DNA of 61,328 nucleotides, filler included, from Bonamia ostreae (GCA_040357525.1; 17 parts of 17 records of this genome joined end to end with filler, not necessarily neighbours in it), one strand, 5' to 3'; positions 10,819 to 23,682 are shown, counted from the whole stretch's first letter. Notes: generated by a model from the sequence alone, not told the origin. Numbers and translations: made by a program.

Positions 10819-12265
10819 NNNNNNNNNNNNNNNNNNNNNNNNNNNNNNNNNNNNNNNNNNNNTTAATTAATTAANNNNNNNNNNNNNNNNNNNNNNNNNN
10901 NNNNNNNNNNNNNNNNNNAAATTGTATTCCGCAAAATTTATTTCCATCAATAGAATGACAGTAATACATCAAAATTACATAACTTACAATAATTATTGTA
11001 ATAATGAACAACAATAATAATGTCATTCTCGATTTTTAATATTTTTGTATTGTTTTAATAATTTTTTTATTCCAATTTAGGTTTTGAAATATAAAAAAGG
11101 ATTCATTTTCAATATTTTTGAAATTATTTTGCATAATTTTCATGTTTCTACAACTTAACAAATTTATTCAGTAATATTTTGCGATTTGTAGAGTCAAATT
11201 ATTTTAATTAAAACATTTCTATTTATTTAATTAATTTATGCGTTCCAAAACATTTATTTCTATATCTTAAACAAAACATATACAACACGATGACATAACA
11301 CACAATAATTGTAGTTCCAAATAATGTAAATAATTTACAGAAATGAAATGATAATTTGTTTTGAATAGTAATAACTATTTTGTTATATAAAAAACCAATA
11401 ATATTTCTACGAATGATTATATTTTATTTTTTTGAAGTTAATAATGCTATTGCAGTAAAAATTAGAATAGAAGATGCTTCTTAATAAAAAGTGTCTATTT
11501 AAAGGGTGCCGTAAAGATACAACAAAGAAGGAAGCAACATTAAAATGAAAAGACGATCAGAAAATTAGACGATTCAATCGAAAAGGAATTTTCAATAGTA
11601 TTTGTAGAAAATGGACAAAAGGAATTATTGAAACTAAAAATTGTCAATGGATCAAATCATTTAATTTTAAATTACAAAGAAATATCGTATCAAAATAAAA
11701 ATCGCTAAGACTAAAGAGCGTTTCATTTATTTTTATTTTCGTAGTCAATTTCATTCGTCTTATATTTCTTTTAACTGCTGAAAACTATTCCGACTTCTTC
11801 AATTTCAATCGATGTTTTTAGTTTAAATGTGAATTTAAAATGATGAAAAAATAGATAATAAAGTCAAAAAATAAATCATATAAAATATAGCTACAAAATT
11901 AAAAACCAAATATTAAAAAGCAAAAAATTATCAATGGAAATAAAATTATTACAAATAAATGGTTTTTTGTTGATAAACAATAGCGATGAAGGATAATNNN
12001 NNNNNNNACACAAAAAGTACATATTAAAACACGACTACATCTTAATAACAAACAAACAACAACACAACAACAAAGAAGAAAGACGAGAAAAGAAGAAAAA
12101 ACAACAAACGTGTTCTTTTTTAAAATAAAAAAGGGAAAAAATAATTTTTCGCAAAAAATATTCAAAAATAAGATAAAAGACGAAGATTCAAACGCTAACG
12201 GCTCAGTTAAAATAAACAAAATGAAAATATCAAACAACAAAGTTTTTTAATATTATGAAAATTTT

Positions 12266-14446
12266 TTGAAGACTGAGAATCTACTTAAATCCTCCAAAAC
12301 ATTAATTAACGAGAAGAAACACAGAAATATTTCAGACTCAAAGTTGACAGTTGAAAACAAGAACAAAAATATCTTAAAATGTTTCTCGGCAAAAGAAGAT
12401 ATTCAAAAAATCGATTTTTCAAAAACAAGCGATATTTTTCAGCAAAAGAAATCATTTATTAAAGATGAGATAGACGAAATGGCTGATTTGTATAATCGAA
12501 AGAGAGACAAATATAAAAATAGTACTTCTAAAGAAGTAAAAAACATTCTCAAATATATGAAAAGGATGATCATTGCTATGACAAACTTGTATCATCGAGT
12601 GAAAAAGAAGCACATCAAAAAAGAGGATTTGTCAAAAAACATTGAAAAAAGGTGGAAAAAGGCATTTAATCAAAAAAGTGATATAACAAGAAAAGAAGGT
12701 GCTTTAAATGAGATTGAAAAGAATTTTGATAAAAAATCGGTCTCTTATAAAAACATTGCTACAATAAAAAAGCCTTCTATAGAGGGAGTTGCTGTGATAG
12801 ATCACAAAGTAACAAACAAAGAAAGGAATATTTTGACAAGATTTGGAGATAATTTTTCATATGAGCAATCATTAGAAGAGGACATCAAAAGTATGATAGA
12901 TTTGTATACTGTAAAGAAAAACGAATTAAAAAACATTGCTTCACCAAATGTTAAATTTATTCTGGAATATATGAAAAGTAAGATTGACAAAATAACAGAC
13001 TTATGTAACCGAATAAAAAACAAAAGAACAAATTTTAAAATAGCAAATGATTTTGATCGAAAGATGAATAAACGAGTTTCCAAGACAAACGAAGGTGATT
13101 TTATTAATGAAAATAATGTGACAAAAGAAGACAAAAATGCTATTACAAAGGATATTGCAACAATAGTTGCAACAGAAGAAAAAAACTATTTTAATAAAAA
13201 GAAAATGATTTTGGAAAAGGTGGCTTCGATAATAGCTCGTTTAATGGAGGGAAAATTTGGCCCAAAAAAAGAGAACGATATTCTAAACCAAAAGAAGTCG
13301 ATGCCAAAAGTTAAAATTATCGAAACAGGAAACTATTTGGAATTGAATAAAATGGTATTCCATGAAAAAGGCATTAAAGGAACTAGTTTTTGTAATGCAG
13401 TAAAAGAAGATGAAGACAAAACAATAAAAAATAATAAGAATGAATTACCATTAAACAACAAAGTAAAATGTTTTTACGAGGTCAATTTGAACATTTCCGA
13501 CAATACAAAAAGCGCTGAAAAGAAAAAAAGCGAATACGAAAAACTCAATCCACAGAACAAAAAGAAAAGACGAAGAAGAAGACATTCAAGCCATAAAAAG
13601 AAAGACAACACTGATAAACAGATTGCCGTTACAAAAGCAGAGAAATCAAAAGGTACAGAATCTCATCAGACCATCAACAAAAATGAAATGTTACTTAAAA
13701 AGATTGAAAAAACAGATTTACAAAGTTTTTATGAAAATATGGACATATTTAAAGAGCCAAAACGTTCGATAGAGATAATGAAGTTGCATTTGCAAAAAAC
13801 GTGTACAAAAAGAAGTGATTGTTTTACATGTTGGAGACAGAAAAATTTTGACAATTGTCACAGAAAGAAGTTTGTAGAAGAAAATAAGTGCAAGAAAGGT
13901 CACAGAAAACATTTTAAAAATTTTGGAAAAAAGATTGAAGATAGAACAAAGGATCAAATCTGTAAAAAGATTACAAAAAATAAATGGAGAAAATTTCCAG
14001 AAGTCAAAAAATATGTCAAAAATCGCAAGAATTTTAATTATTTGCTAGGTTTATTTTTCGATATTTTGCAATTAAAGAATCGTTTAGCTGTGTCGACAAA
14101 AACATATATCAATGGAAAAAATTGCTGAAAAATCGAAAACGGCATCGAATTTCTTCAAAACTGAAGATGAATGCAAGATATAAGTATATTGGTCACTTGT
14201 TATTCAAGAAATTGCGGCAGATTAATATTTCAGCTGATGAAAATCGAGCACAAAATACACGAAAGCGAAAATACAGAATAATCTTGGAAGAAATCAAAAA
14301 GTGGAATGAGCGCTTTTTAAGTTTAATAAAAAATTTAGATGATGTGAATTTTCGATCACTGTTACCGAAGAAAATAGTAGCTGTCTGGAAAGAAATTTTT
14401 TCGTTGAGCAAAAATATTTTTTTAAAACTTTTAAATTTACCGGAAA
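12266..14446 (+). CDS. Lys/Asn-rich hypothetical protein with an internal ~55-aa duplication; ends uncertain
   Basis: 620-aa ORF plus downstream ORF 14122-14446. DEIDEMADLYNRKRD...KNILKYMK aligns with EDIKSMIDLYTVKKN...KFILEYMK. Confidence 0.6.
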
Positions 14447-14662
14447 NNNNNNNNNNNNNNNNNNNNNNNNNNNNNNNNNNNNNNNNNNNNTTAATTAATT
14501 AANNNNNNNNNNNNNNNNNNNNNNNNNNNNNNNNNNNNNNNNNNNNTTTCTAAATTTTGTTTTAAAAAATATTTATTGTTCTTTCCCGCTTCCTTCCAAA
14601 AGAAGATTTGCAAATTTAGAGGAAATAATATTTGAAAATTGGAAATTTGATTACATTATTTA

Positions 14663-15472
14663 TTAATCTGACTTCATTAGAGTTGATCGAGCAATATGAT
14701 CGGTTCTCCCTATTAGAGTTTCGACTAGTTTCCGCAGTTTTTTGGTGAGATCTTCCATCCTTTCTTTTATTCTGTTGATCAATTCCACAAACTGAGCGTC
14801 TTTTACTTCGGCTGCGATCCGCTCGAAGTTTGTGTAATTGAGATGCACTCTTTGTCTGGGAATCGGGACGTACTCTTTGCGAATAAAATCGCGATTGTAT
14901 GCTCTCCCTCTACGGAAAAACTCGCACGGAAAAGTTTCCATTGCAAAGGTGAACAGAGGTTGGTTTGGTTGAACTTCGTACGGAAGTTCTATTGCCAAGT
15001 AATCGTTTAGGATCACACCTCCAGCTTCAAGCCTTTGGTTTGACGAAGCAACGTATAGTTGATATAGCGAAAAGTCTTTCACGGCCCAACGGTAACTTCC
15101 TCGATTCAAAACAGTTCCCGGGGGGAAGTTAAACTCGAAGACTGGGCTGTGAGTAGTAAAATTTCCGGTGGACCATTTTCTCATTATCAACTTTTCCTCT
15201 TTCTGAGACGGGTGCATTTTCATCGAAAACAATTGCAACTCTAAAGAATATACATCAGGTTCCACCATGTAAGGAGACGTAATGCCGATTCTAACCAATA
15301 TCGGGGCAACTTTTTTAAAAACTCGGAATTCGAGTGCATCTGGGCCACCACCGGGTTCAAAACGCAGCGCGCAACTTTCTGCAAAGTTGAACTTTGATTG
15401 GAAGGCGCCTCGATGCAAAAGCAGTATAATAAAAAGAGAAATCATTTTAATTAAATTAAATTTTTTGATCAT
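14663..15472 (-). CDS. Secreted hypothetical protein (signal peptide, beta-rich domain, C-terminal coiled coil)
   Basis: Intronless 269-aa ORF with signal-like MISLFIILLLHRGAFQ (likely start 15445) and a heptad-like C-terminus. Confidence 0.75.
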   Translation of the reverse strand: MIKKFNLIKMISLFIILLLHRGAFQSKFNFAESCALRFEPGGGPDALEFRVFKKVAPILVRIGITSPYMVEPDVYSLELQLFSMKMHPSQKEEKLIMRKWSTGNFTTHSPVFEFNFPPGTVLNRGSYRWAVKDFSLYQLYVASSNQRLEAGGVILNDYLAIELPYEVQPNQPLFTFAMETFPCEFFRRGRAYNRDFIRKEYVPIPRQRVHLNYTNFERIAAEVKDAQFVELINRIKERMEDLTKKLRKLVETLIGRTDHIARSTLMKSD

Positions 15473-15523
15473 CCAATTTGTGATTTGGGAATTTTAACTT
15501 TTGTTCAAATTTTGTTGAATTGG

Positions 15524-16532
15524 ATGAGCTCGAATCGTTAATGAGATAACCAAAGAAGAAGAAGTAAATTTGAGAAAAGTCGATCGTCTGATCAGAAATT
15601 TTATTGATCGACAGATTGATTTTTTAATGTTAATGCGTCGAGATAGATATAATAAAAACGATTGCTGTGAGGAGCCACGTTACTTCAACGTTCGCATCCC
15701 TCTCCCGCCTCATGCGAAACCGGGGATTCCTGGTTGCCCTGGCGCTCCTGGCGCTCCGGGGAAACCTGGGAGAAGCATTGCAGGCCCTGTTGGTCCGAGA
15801 GGGCCTTCGGGCGCTCCGGGGAAACCTGGCATGTCGGGAAGACCTGGAAGCAGTGGTCCCAGAGGAATGGTTGGCGCGAGAGGACCAGCTGGCGCTTGCG
15901 GGGCCCCGGGAAGAAACGGAACTCCGGGGAAACCTGGTATGCCGGGACAAGCGGGTTGCCCCGGTGCCCCGGGGTTGCCGGGCGTTTCTTTTGGGAACAA
16001 CGACGAGCCTGAAATCCCGAGGGAAAGAATTGCCGAAAGACTCGAAGAACGCTTTAGCGAGGACGACGAACACCGCTCGAAGCACTATGATGAAGAGTCT
16101 TTGATCGAAAGGTTGCTCGAAAGGCTCGAAAAGCGCCACGGGAAGGATGACCACCACCGCCACCACTACCACCACGAGGAGTCTTTCTTGGAGAAGCTCT
16201 TGAAGAGAATAGAAGAGTGGCTCGAAGAACGCGAAGAGCACTACCATCACCACGGGCACCACCACCACAAACACGGATGGAAATGGCTGAAGAAGTTGGT
16301 AATGGAGTTGTTCGAAATGGAACACCACCACGGGCACCACTATTACGACGAGTCTCTATTGGAACGGTTTCTCAAAAGACTTGAAGAATGGCTTGAAGAG
16401 CTAGACGAACATCATCACCACGGGCATCACCATCACAAGGAAAGTTTAAGAGAACTGATCGCAGAATTCTTTGAACATGAAAAAGACCATGAAAAGTACG
16501 AAGAGAGAAGATACGTTCGTCAAATAGTTTAA
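15524..16532 (+). CDS. Collagen-like (Gly-X-Y) protein with His-rich/helical C-terminal repeats (intron 15537-15555)
   Basis: ATG 15524 plus a 19-nt GT-AG intron leads into the 15570 ORF frame. It has 6+23 Gly-X-Y triplets, then [21 protein letters not shown] helices alternating with HHHGHHHH tracts. Confidence 0.88.
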
Positions 16533-16964
16533 ACGCTAATACAGAATATAATTAAATTTCGGTTGTTGTATTTTTCTTTTTGATATTTGTTTATCCATTT
16601 CTTTTGTACATTTAACACAGGAGTATACTTGTNNNNNNNNNNNNNNNNNNNNNNNNNNNNNNNNNNNNNNNNNNNNNNNNNNNNNNNNNNNNNNNNNNNN
16701 NNNNNNNNNNNNNNNNNNNNNNNNNNNNNNNNAAAAACACACTCGGATTAATTGGCACAAATCGAAAATGTTTCGCACAAAAAATTACTACACAAATTTT
16801 AATTAAATGAAACAATATTTATTCATTTTCAACAAACTAGAATTCACAATGCAAGAATAAAACGGCTATTTATCGTTAAAACAACCGAAAATGAACTACA
16901 TAGCGGCCTTTGTAATTTTAGCATTATATGACAATATGGCTTTTTTTTTTGGAAATACTTTTTT

Positions 16965-17627
16965 ATGAAGATTAAAAGTCTAGATCCGACCAATTTGTTC
17001 ACAAAAATCTCGACGATACTTCTAATTTTATGTTCAAGCGGCTCATTTGGCTTCACAGACAGATTTTTATCAATACGAACGACTAATTCTTTCTATTGTG
17101 TTTATATGTTGGCTGTTTCTATACACGTCGTTCATTTGTTGGCTTTATTATTTAAAAAGAATCTAAAAAAGGTATGTTTTGCAGCTCCTCTATATTGTTC
17201 GCCACTTTTAATTTGTTTTATTTTGCTCTTTTTTGGCAAAAACGATTCCTTTGCAAGGGCTAAAATAGTAATTTCTGTTTTTGGTACAATTAATTGTGTA
17301 TTGTTGTTTGTGATTACAATAGTTTTAGTAACTTTGGGTGAAAGATTGGGTATCAATGTTCTGGTGACAACAAGTAGAGATTTTAAAAAGAGCCTTGTTT
17401 TTTACAGTCTGCAATCGATTCTAATTTTAGGAAATTTTGTGATTGATTTAATAGAAATTTTTGTCGTTTTTAATGGATACTTGAAAAACGAGAAATGGTT
17501 TTTATATGGAAAAATATCTTACATTGTGTTTTATTTTGCTTTTATTATCACTTATGACACTTTTTGTTTTGTTGATCGTGATATCAACAATATTGATGTA
17601 GAAGATGAGACCATAGACGTGTACTAA
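16965..17627 (+). CDS. Multi-pass membrane protein (about 6 hydrophobic segments)
   Basis: Intronless 220-aa ORF with repeated hydrophobic stretches and an acidic tail. Confidence 0.7.
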   Translation: MKIKSLDPTNLFTKISTILLILCSSGSFGFTDRFLSIRTTNSFYCVYMLAVSIHVVHLLALLFKKNLKKVCFAAPLYCSPLLICFILLFFGKNDSFARAKIVISVFGTINCVLLFVITIVLVTLGERLGINVLVTTSRDFKKSLVFYSLQSILILGNFVIDLIEIFVVFNGYLKNEKWFLYGKISYIVFYFAFIITYDTFCFVDRDINNIDVEDETIDVY

Positions 17628-17730
17628 ATAACAAATCTCTTCATTTAATCATACTTCTCAAATAGATAATTTGACCTTAAATTTTTCTTTTTGGTAATTG
17701 AATTTATGTTTAACTTATCTTTTTGCACCA

Positions 17731-17842
17731 CACTGTACATTTAAAAATAATTGACAAATTGACATTTAAATTATCGAGTCACTTTATCGAGTCACTGTAC
17801 ATTTAAAAATAATTGACAAATTGACATTTAAATTATCGAGTC
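17731..17842. repeat. Direct duplication of ~50 bp (62-bp period)
   Basis: CACTGTACATTTAAAAATAATTGACAAATTGACATTTAAATTATCGAGTC occurs twice. Confidence 0.85.
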
Positions 17843-18172
17843 TTATAACATTGTCATTCAATGACCCCCATGAAATCTACAGATAAGTCTTTGAATTTCA
17901 GTGCAACCAGGTGCAAGACGAAGTGCAAATAAAAACAAATTTTAGAAAAACTTAGAGTAAATGATAGAAAAACAAGAAAAATATTTTTAGAATATTTTTT
18001 CAAATAATGAACGCGAAAACTACCTCAAAAGATCGTTATTTTTATCAAAAGAATTCGATAAAAATTAAAATANNNNNNNNNNNNNNNNNNNNNNNNNNNN
18101 NNNNNNNNNNNNNNNNTTAATTAATTAANNNNNNNNNNNNNNNNNNNNNNNNNNNNNNNNNNNNNNNNNNNN

Positions 18173-18722
18173 CAACAAACCCGCAGCGAATTACTTTAAA
18201 ATTGAAAGACTTCGTCAGTCCAAACAATCTTCAGCATATGCCAAAAACGTAAGCAAGCTTAAAAGAAAGTATAGAAGGATCGCAAATAACTTATATAAGA
18301 AAGAAGGAAATCCCAAAAAAGAGAAGAGCACAAAGGATTTCGACGAAGACGAATTTGTTGATTTGACTGAAAATCTGATGTCACTCAAAAAAAGCAAAGC
18401 TGGAAAAGAAGATAAAAATCAAAATAAAAAGAATGAAAGAATTGGAGAAGACAGCAGCGATGACGAAATGTATTTGGGAGAGAAAATCGCCATCGTCCGG
18501 CAGAAAGCAGAATACAGCGCTGCAGAGGAAGCGATGGGGAAGCCGACGGAGAGGATTGCCCCGGCAGGCGAAAATAAGAAGGATTCAATATCTCCGGGCG
18601 AATTCTCCTACGTGGCATATGGTGGTATCGCTATACTCGGCGTCATATTATTTGCAGTCACCATTGCTTTTTTCTTGAAGAAAAACAAACGGAAAAGTCT
18701 AAATAATGATTACTTGTATTAA
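18173..18722 (+). CDS. 3' part of a single-pass membrane protein (5' cut by contig start)
   Basis: Open frame ending in the TM segment YGGIAILGVILFAVTIAFFL followed by KKNKRK. Confidence 0.65.
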
Positions 18723-18893
18723 ATTCATGAGCCTTATTTCCATTTTTAAAGCTTTTATATTTTATGAGCGAATTTTCTTTGATCCACTAACAAATTTGCG
18801 TTGATTTTCAGATTCCAGGCAAAATTAAAGCAATAAATTATAATTGACATCAATTATAAAAATTAGCGTTTTCAAATACAATAGATTTTCGAA

Positions 18894-19157
18894 ATGGAGA
18901 ACGGCCTCAACCAGAACGGAAGCGAAAACCTGCGCTTCGTGTCTCCGTACGAACAAATGTTGCTGGAGCAGGAGTCGCAGAAGCCGGCCCAAAACAACGT
19001 CACGCAATTCACGCCAAATGCGAACAACACAGAGTTCGTCCACCCTTTCCCAGAAAAGATGGTCCCCCCGTCGAGCCCACACTACCCGAAGACCAGCAAC
19101 CCGACATCCAGTCATTTCGTCACGCCTAAAGACCAGTTCGGATTTGGGAATAAATAA
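18894..19157 (+). CDS. Small Pro/Asn-rich hypothetical protein (87 aa)
   Basis: ATG-TAA ORF whose raised GC content ends sharply at the ORF edges. Confidence 0.55.
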   Translation: MENGLNQNGSENLRFVSPYEQMLLEQESQKPAQNNVTQFTPNANNTEFVHPFPEKMVPPSSPHYPKTSNPTSSHFVTPKDQFGFGNK

Positions 19158-19216
19158 ATATTGTTTAGCCAATTCCTATTGCGTTTCTCTATTTAGTTTG
19201 TCTAAAGCTGTAATTA

Positions 19217-19859
19217 ATGATCACTGTTTTGCTTTATTGCCTTGCTGCTCTCAACATCGTGGGCGCGCGCACGCCTGCGATCACAAACACCGTCTTCTTC
19301 GACATCGAAGCAGACGGAAAGCCGTTGGGCAGGATCACAATGGGACTGTATGGCCAGAACACCCCCAAAACGACAGAAAACTTTCGCTCCCTTTGTACCG
19401 GGGAAAAGGGGGTCGGGAGAAGCGGGAACAAACTGCACTACGAAGGAAGCACTTTCCATCGCGTGATTCCCGACTTTATGATCCAAGGAGTAGTTTAACA
19501 TCACTTAAAGGGCGATTTTACGAACGGAGACGGGACGGGAGGAGAATCGATATACGGCGACAAATTCGAAGACGAGAACTTTGACTTGAAGCACTCCAAA
19601 AAGTTTTTGCTTTCGATGGCAAACGCGGGGAAGAACACAAACGGCAGCCAATTCTTCATAACGACCGTCGTCACGAGTTGGTTGGACGGGCGCCACGTTG
19701 TCTTCGGGGAAGGTTGCTTTTTTCAAAAATTCAGTCCTCAAAGGGAAAGAGGTCGTCACTGCTGTCGAAAACCTGGGAACCCCTTCGGGGAAAACTACAA
19801 AGAAAATAGTGATCGCCAAAAGCGGCGAGATCAGAGAAAGCGAGAAAGTCGATTTGTAA
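19217..19859 (+). CDS. PPIB: ER/secretory cyclophilin (cyclophilin B-type PPIase), 3 exons
   Basis: Signal peptide; [62 protein letters not shown]. Introns 19490-19510 and 19713-19734. C-terminus is KVDL. Confidence 0.95.
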
Positions 19860-19919
19860 ATGGTGTTCCCGACTTTTTTGATTCTCGACTTTTCATTTTT
19901 TCGTTTTAGCAACGCCATT

Positions 19920-21570
19920 TATAAACGAGTCGAGATTTTGATCTAAACATCAACTTGTGGTTGCCTTGGTTTCCCGACTACACAATTTTTCTGCTGAAAA
20001 GATGGAGCTGTTAGTTCAAAGCATAAGCTTTTGACGAAGGAACTTCTTGGAAAAATTTAAATTTCGCCAACTCGGAAAGGAGAAGGAAAGAGTGTGGAAG
20101 AGGGAACGCTCGTGCTTCCAAGAATAAACTTGCTGCAAATAATTATTTTTGGCCAAAAATTACTTATTTTTGAAGCAAGATTAAGATCGTTTTATAATAA
20201 TGCACAGTTCCACTGTCCAATAAATAGAAAAACTGGAAATCAAATAATAAAGTGAATTAGTTTTGTTATCTGTTGTTGCTTCAATGATTTTATCAAAGGA
20301 AGTTTTTTAGAAAGCATAAAACTTTCAACAAAAATTAATCTTGTTTTCCTGTAAACAACAATTCTAAAACTTTCATCTGACGATTTTCCGGGATTAAATT
20401 CTTTTATCAAAAGTTGAGGGGAAGAATATTCATCTACAGACACAAAAATTGATAGATGGAATGCACAACCATTGCATTAGCTTAATATTGCAAAAAGGCA
20501 GAAAAATAAATTACAAGATGCTATAAACGTATTCAATGATTTAAAACCTTCTTTTTATAAAAGTCGACCTATCTTTTTGCACCAACTGATTTTTAAGTTT
20601 TTAATGTTTTGGAAAATAAGTCCCAACATAAAAATTTATTATTCAATTGCTACGACACATTTGTTATAAATTTTATCCCTTTCCATGCCTTGTGACCATT
20701 TTTTATATGGCAATGAAGATTTGTTATACTATAACCACCTGGAACGGAAAAATTTTAGGTGAACCTATCTTTTTGCATCGTACTGTACTGACTCAAAACC
20801 CGCCAACGCCTCGACTGTCCACTCCGGTCTGCAGCCGGTAGCATAGACATTCAAAGGCGTATGCGTAGCTGACGCAATGTAATCTCTTAAACTCAAGGGG
20901 CCCTTGCAGCGGCCGTGTTTTAAGCTTCGGACTTGACAGCTACGTTGGAATTCATGAATGATTAATGGTTCGAAGTTGCGGATTTAATTAATCCTCCAAA
21001 ACCGGAACAAATGAATTTTGCTCCGAAAAAGGAATTTGAAAAATGAAGAAAACAAATTTTTATCAAATCGACAAAGTTTTATCGTAGATTAAGCTTTTGA
21101 ACTTTAAAAGCGATCCATATAGATCGACAAAATGATAAATCATCAAAATATGCAACGCAAATGGTCTGCATATGGCTTCGTCGCCTTCGTCGTTATTTGC
21201 TCATTTTACAGTTTTGGCAAAAAACATAAGCTTTATATTTCCTGTGGGCACTCGTTCCAGACGAATTTCTAAACAAGATTGCCCTAAACAACTTACCAGA
21301 CAAGTTTTTAAACTGTCTTATCCAGACATTGGGCGATCATTGTTCCCCTCAACATGATCGTCTTTCCTCTGATAATCTCTTGCTTGTACATTACAAGAAA
21401 CTTGCACAAAACGCTTCCGCTTGATTCCATGAACACCATTTGCGATGAGTTTTCGTTTCCCGAGAAGCACGCCAAGAATCTGGAAACTCGGGAAGATGGC
21501 GAAATGTTTGATCTTCCTTTGAGCGTTTCCAATTTAATATCAAGTATGTAAACAAAAAAATGTTTCAAAA
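19920..21570 (-). CDS. One or two multi-exon hypothetical genes, structure unresolved
   Basis: Several minus-strand open segments with coding-like composition, including 20240-20443 and 21308-21568. Confidence 0.35.
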
Positions 21571-22255
21571 CAGGCCTTCTTGTTTCAGCGAAACTTCAAT
21601 TAAATAAAGACATTCATTTCGTCCTATTTCAGGAAATTTATTAAAAGCGAAAATCTGAAAAATAAAATTATAGCGACTTCCTATAAATCTTATCTNNNNN
21701 NNNNNNNNNNNNNNNNNNNNNNNNNNNNNNNNNNNNNNNTTAATTAATTAANNNNNNNNNNNNNNNNNNNNNNNNNNNNNNNNNNNNNNNNNNNNTATTT
21801 CGTTTTAGCATTTTAATATTTTTATATAACATTTATTGAAGGATGCCATTGCAATTTAATTTTGCACACAAAAAGGATTTGTTTACAAAAAAAAAGAGAT
21901 GTGTAAAATGGGGAAAATCTATCGAAAATTATTTCTGATTAAAAAGATTATTTTTCGATACATAATCAATTGTTTCTATAAATTCATTGGTAATGTGTCC
22001 CGGGGGAATTAATTTGATGTCGTTTCCAAACTGATGTCAAAACGGAAAACTAAGGTTTATCCGAATTCTACAAGAAACAGTCAGAATTCCATTAAAATAA
22101 GAATTCTCGTCGTTCAAACATTTCCAACATTTTCATTTTTACAAAAAATGCTTCTTTTTCGAAGGTTCGCCATGTACGATTTTATCATTAATAGGAACGG
22201 CAAACACGAAATTTCGTTATACGTTTCTTATAAACTTTTACGGCTAAAATAAAAA

Positions 22256-23405
22256 ATGATGGTCAACGGTTACCAAAAAGAAACCGTCTCGGATATGAGA
22301 ATAAACCATTTAACGAAAAACCAAAAAACCAAATTGACTAAATACAATTTTAAAGTTTTAGAAAAATCCGAACAGTTTTACACATTCCAAACGAAACTAA
22401 TATCGATAAACAGAAACGAAAATTCCAGCGACATCAACGTTTTCACTTTACATTTTGACGAGAATGAAAACCCCAAAATCCAACAAAACGCCGTTTTCGA
22501 AACAACCGAAAAAGTTCTTTTCGTTGATTCCCGCCAAAATCTTGTTTTCGTTGTTTCGACCAACGATACTCCAAAAGCAACGTCGGTCGTAAAGATATTC
22601 GAAATAACAGTTGACCCAAAACCTTCAGATCTCAAAAGAAGATTATCAGATCAAAAAACAATCCTCGAATTTCAAAGAAGACTAATCAAAGCGCCAACAG
22701 CCATTGCTAGCGGCTTAAACCACTCTCTGTTTTTGGTCGACGGAATTGTCTTCTCGTGGGGAACTGGTCTTTTCGGGTCGTTGGGACATGGAAATTTAGA
22801 CGACATCGAAGCCCCCCGAAAAATAAGAAGACTGAACGGACTGTTCGCCAACAAAATATCTTGTGGCCAGAATCACAGCATTGTCGTTACTGTCAATGGT
22901 CATTTTCGATTTTAGCCATTTTTTAATTTTTGCAATATTTTTGCAATATTTTTAATTAGGGGCGGTTTATGCGTTTGGTTCCAATGCGAATGGGCAATTG
23001 GGGATCGAAGAGAGCGAAGTTAATATCGCCGATTTCCCACAGTTGGTCAATTTTCTGGAAGACTTCAATGTTGAAAACGTCTTTTCCGGAAATAGACATT
23101 CGATCGCTGTCTCGAAAGACGGAACGATATTTGGCTGGGGCTGGAACTTTTTCGGCCAAGTTTATTTCAACTGTTTCAGAGCTTCGATAATAAAATTAGC
23201 AATTTTCGATATAAAATGATAATAGGTTATCCCCGAAAAATCGTTTGAAATGGTAGCAGAAGATGACGATTGCCAAGTTATAGCTCAAATGGCATCCAAA
23301 AACTCAAAGTCGTTTTGTGTACTAAAACCGACAATCGTTTTGAACAGAAAAGCGAATTTTATTTTTTGCGGGAAATGGACGACTTTTTTTCTAGACAAAT
23401 TATAA
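22256..23405 (+). CDS. RCC1-repeat protein (start probably further upstream)
   Basis: IASGLNHSL...GIVFSWGTGLFGSLGHG, ISCGQNHS, AVYAFGSNANGQLG, GNRHS....DGTIFGWGWN.FGQ. Confidence 0.85.
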
Positions 23406-23682
23406 AACGAAAATTTAAATTCTACTAAAAATGTTCAAATTTACATTTTTATCCATTTTGGCAAAAGAGATTTAAAAAATATACAAAACGACCATCAAAA
23501 AATTTATCCGTTTTGTAGACCATTTTTTAATGACCGCTTTTCTATAATTTGCAAATCGACCGATTTGCGATCATCTAAAAATTTGTGTATATTTGCATTA
23601 AATTGCAATCTCTTCCATTAAAGCTCAAACTATGAAAACCTAAATTTTAGATTATATACAAATTATCTAATTTTGTAAATTA

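Noticed and set aside
11890-12240. Hydrophobic 113-aa minus-strand ORF
   Set aside because: It is low-complexity A/C-rich sequence next to an N gap, likely low quality and not a membrane protein.
15630-16340. Antisense and alternative-frame ORFs over the collagen gene, including a minus-strand Gly-Pro ORF
   Set aside because: These are shadows of GC-rich GGN-CCN codon repeats.
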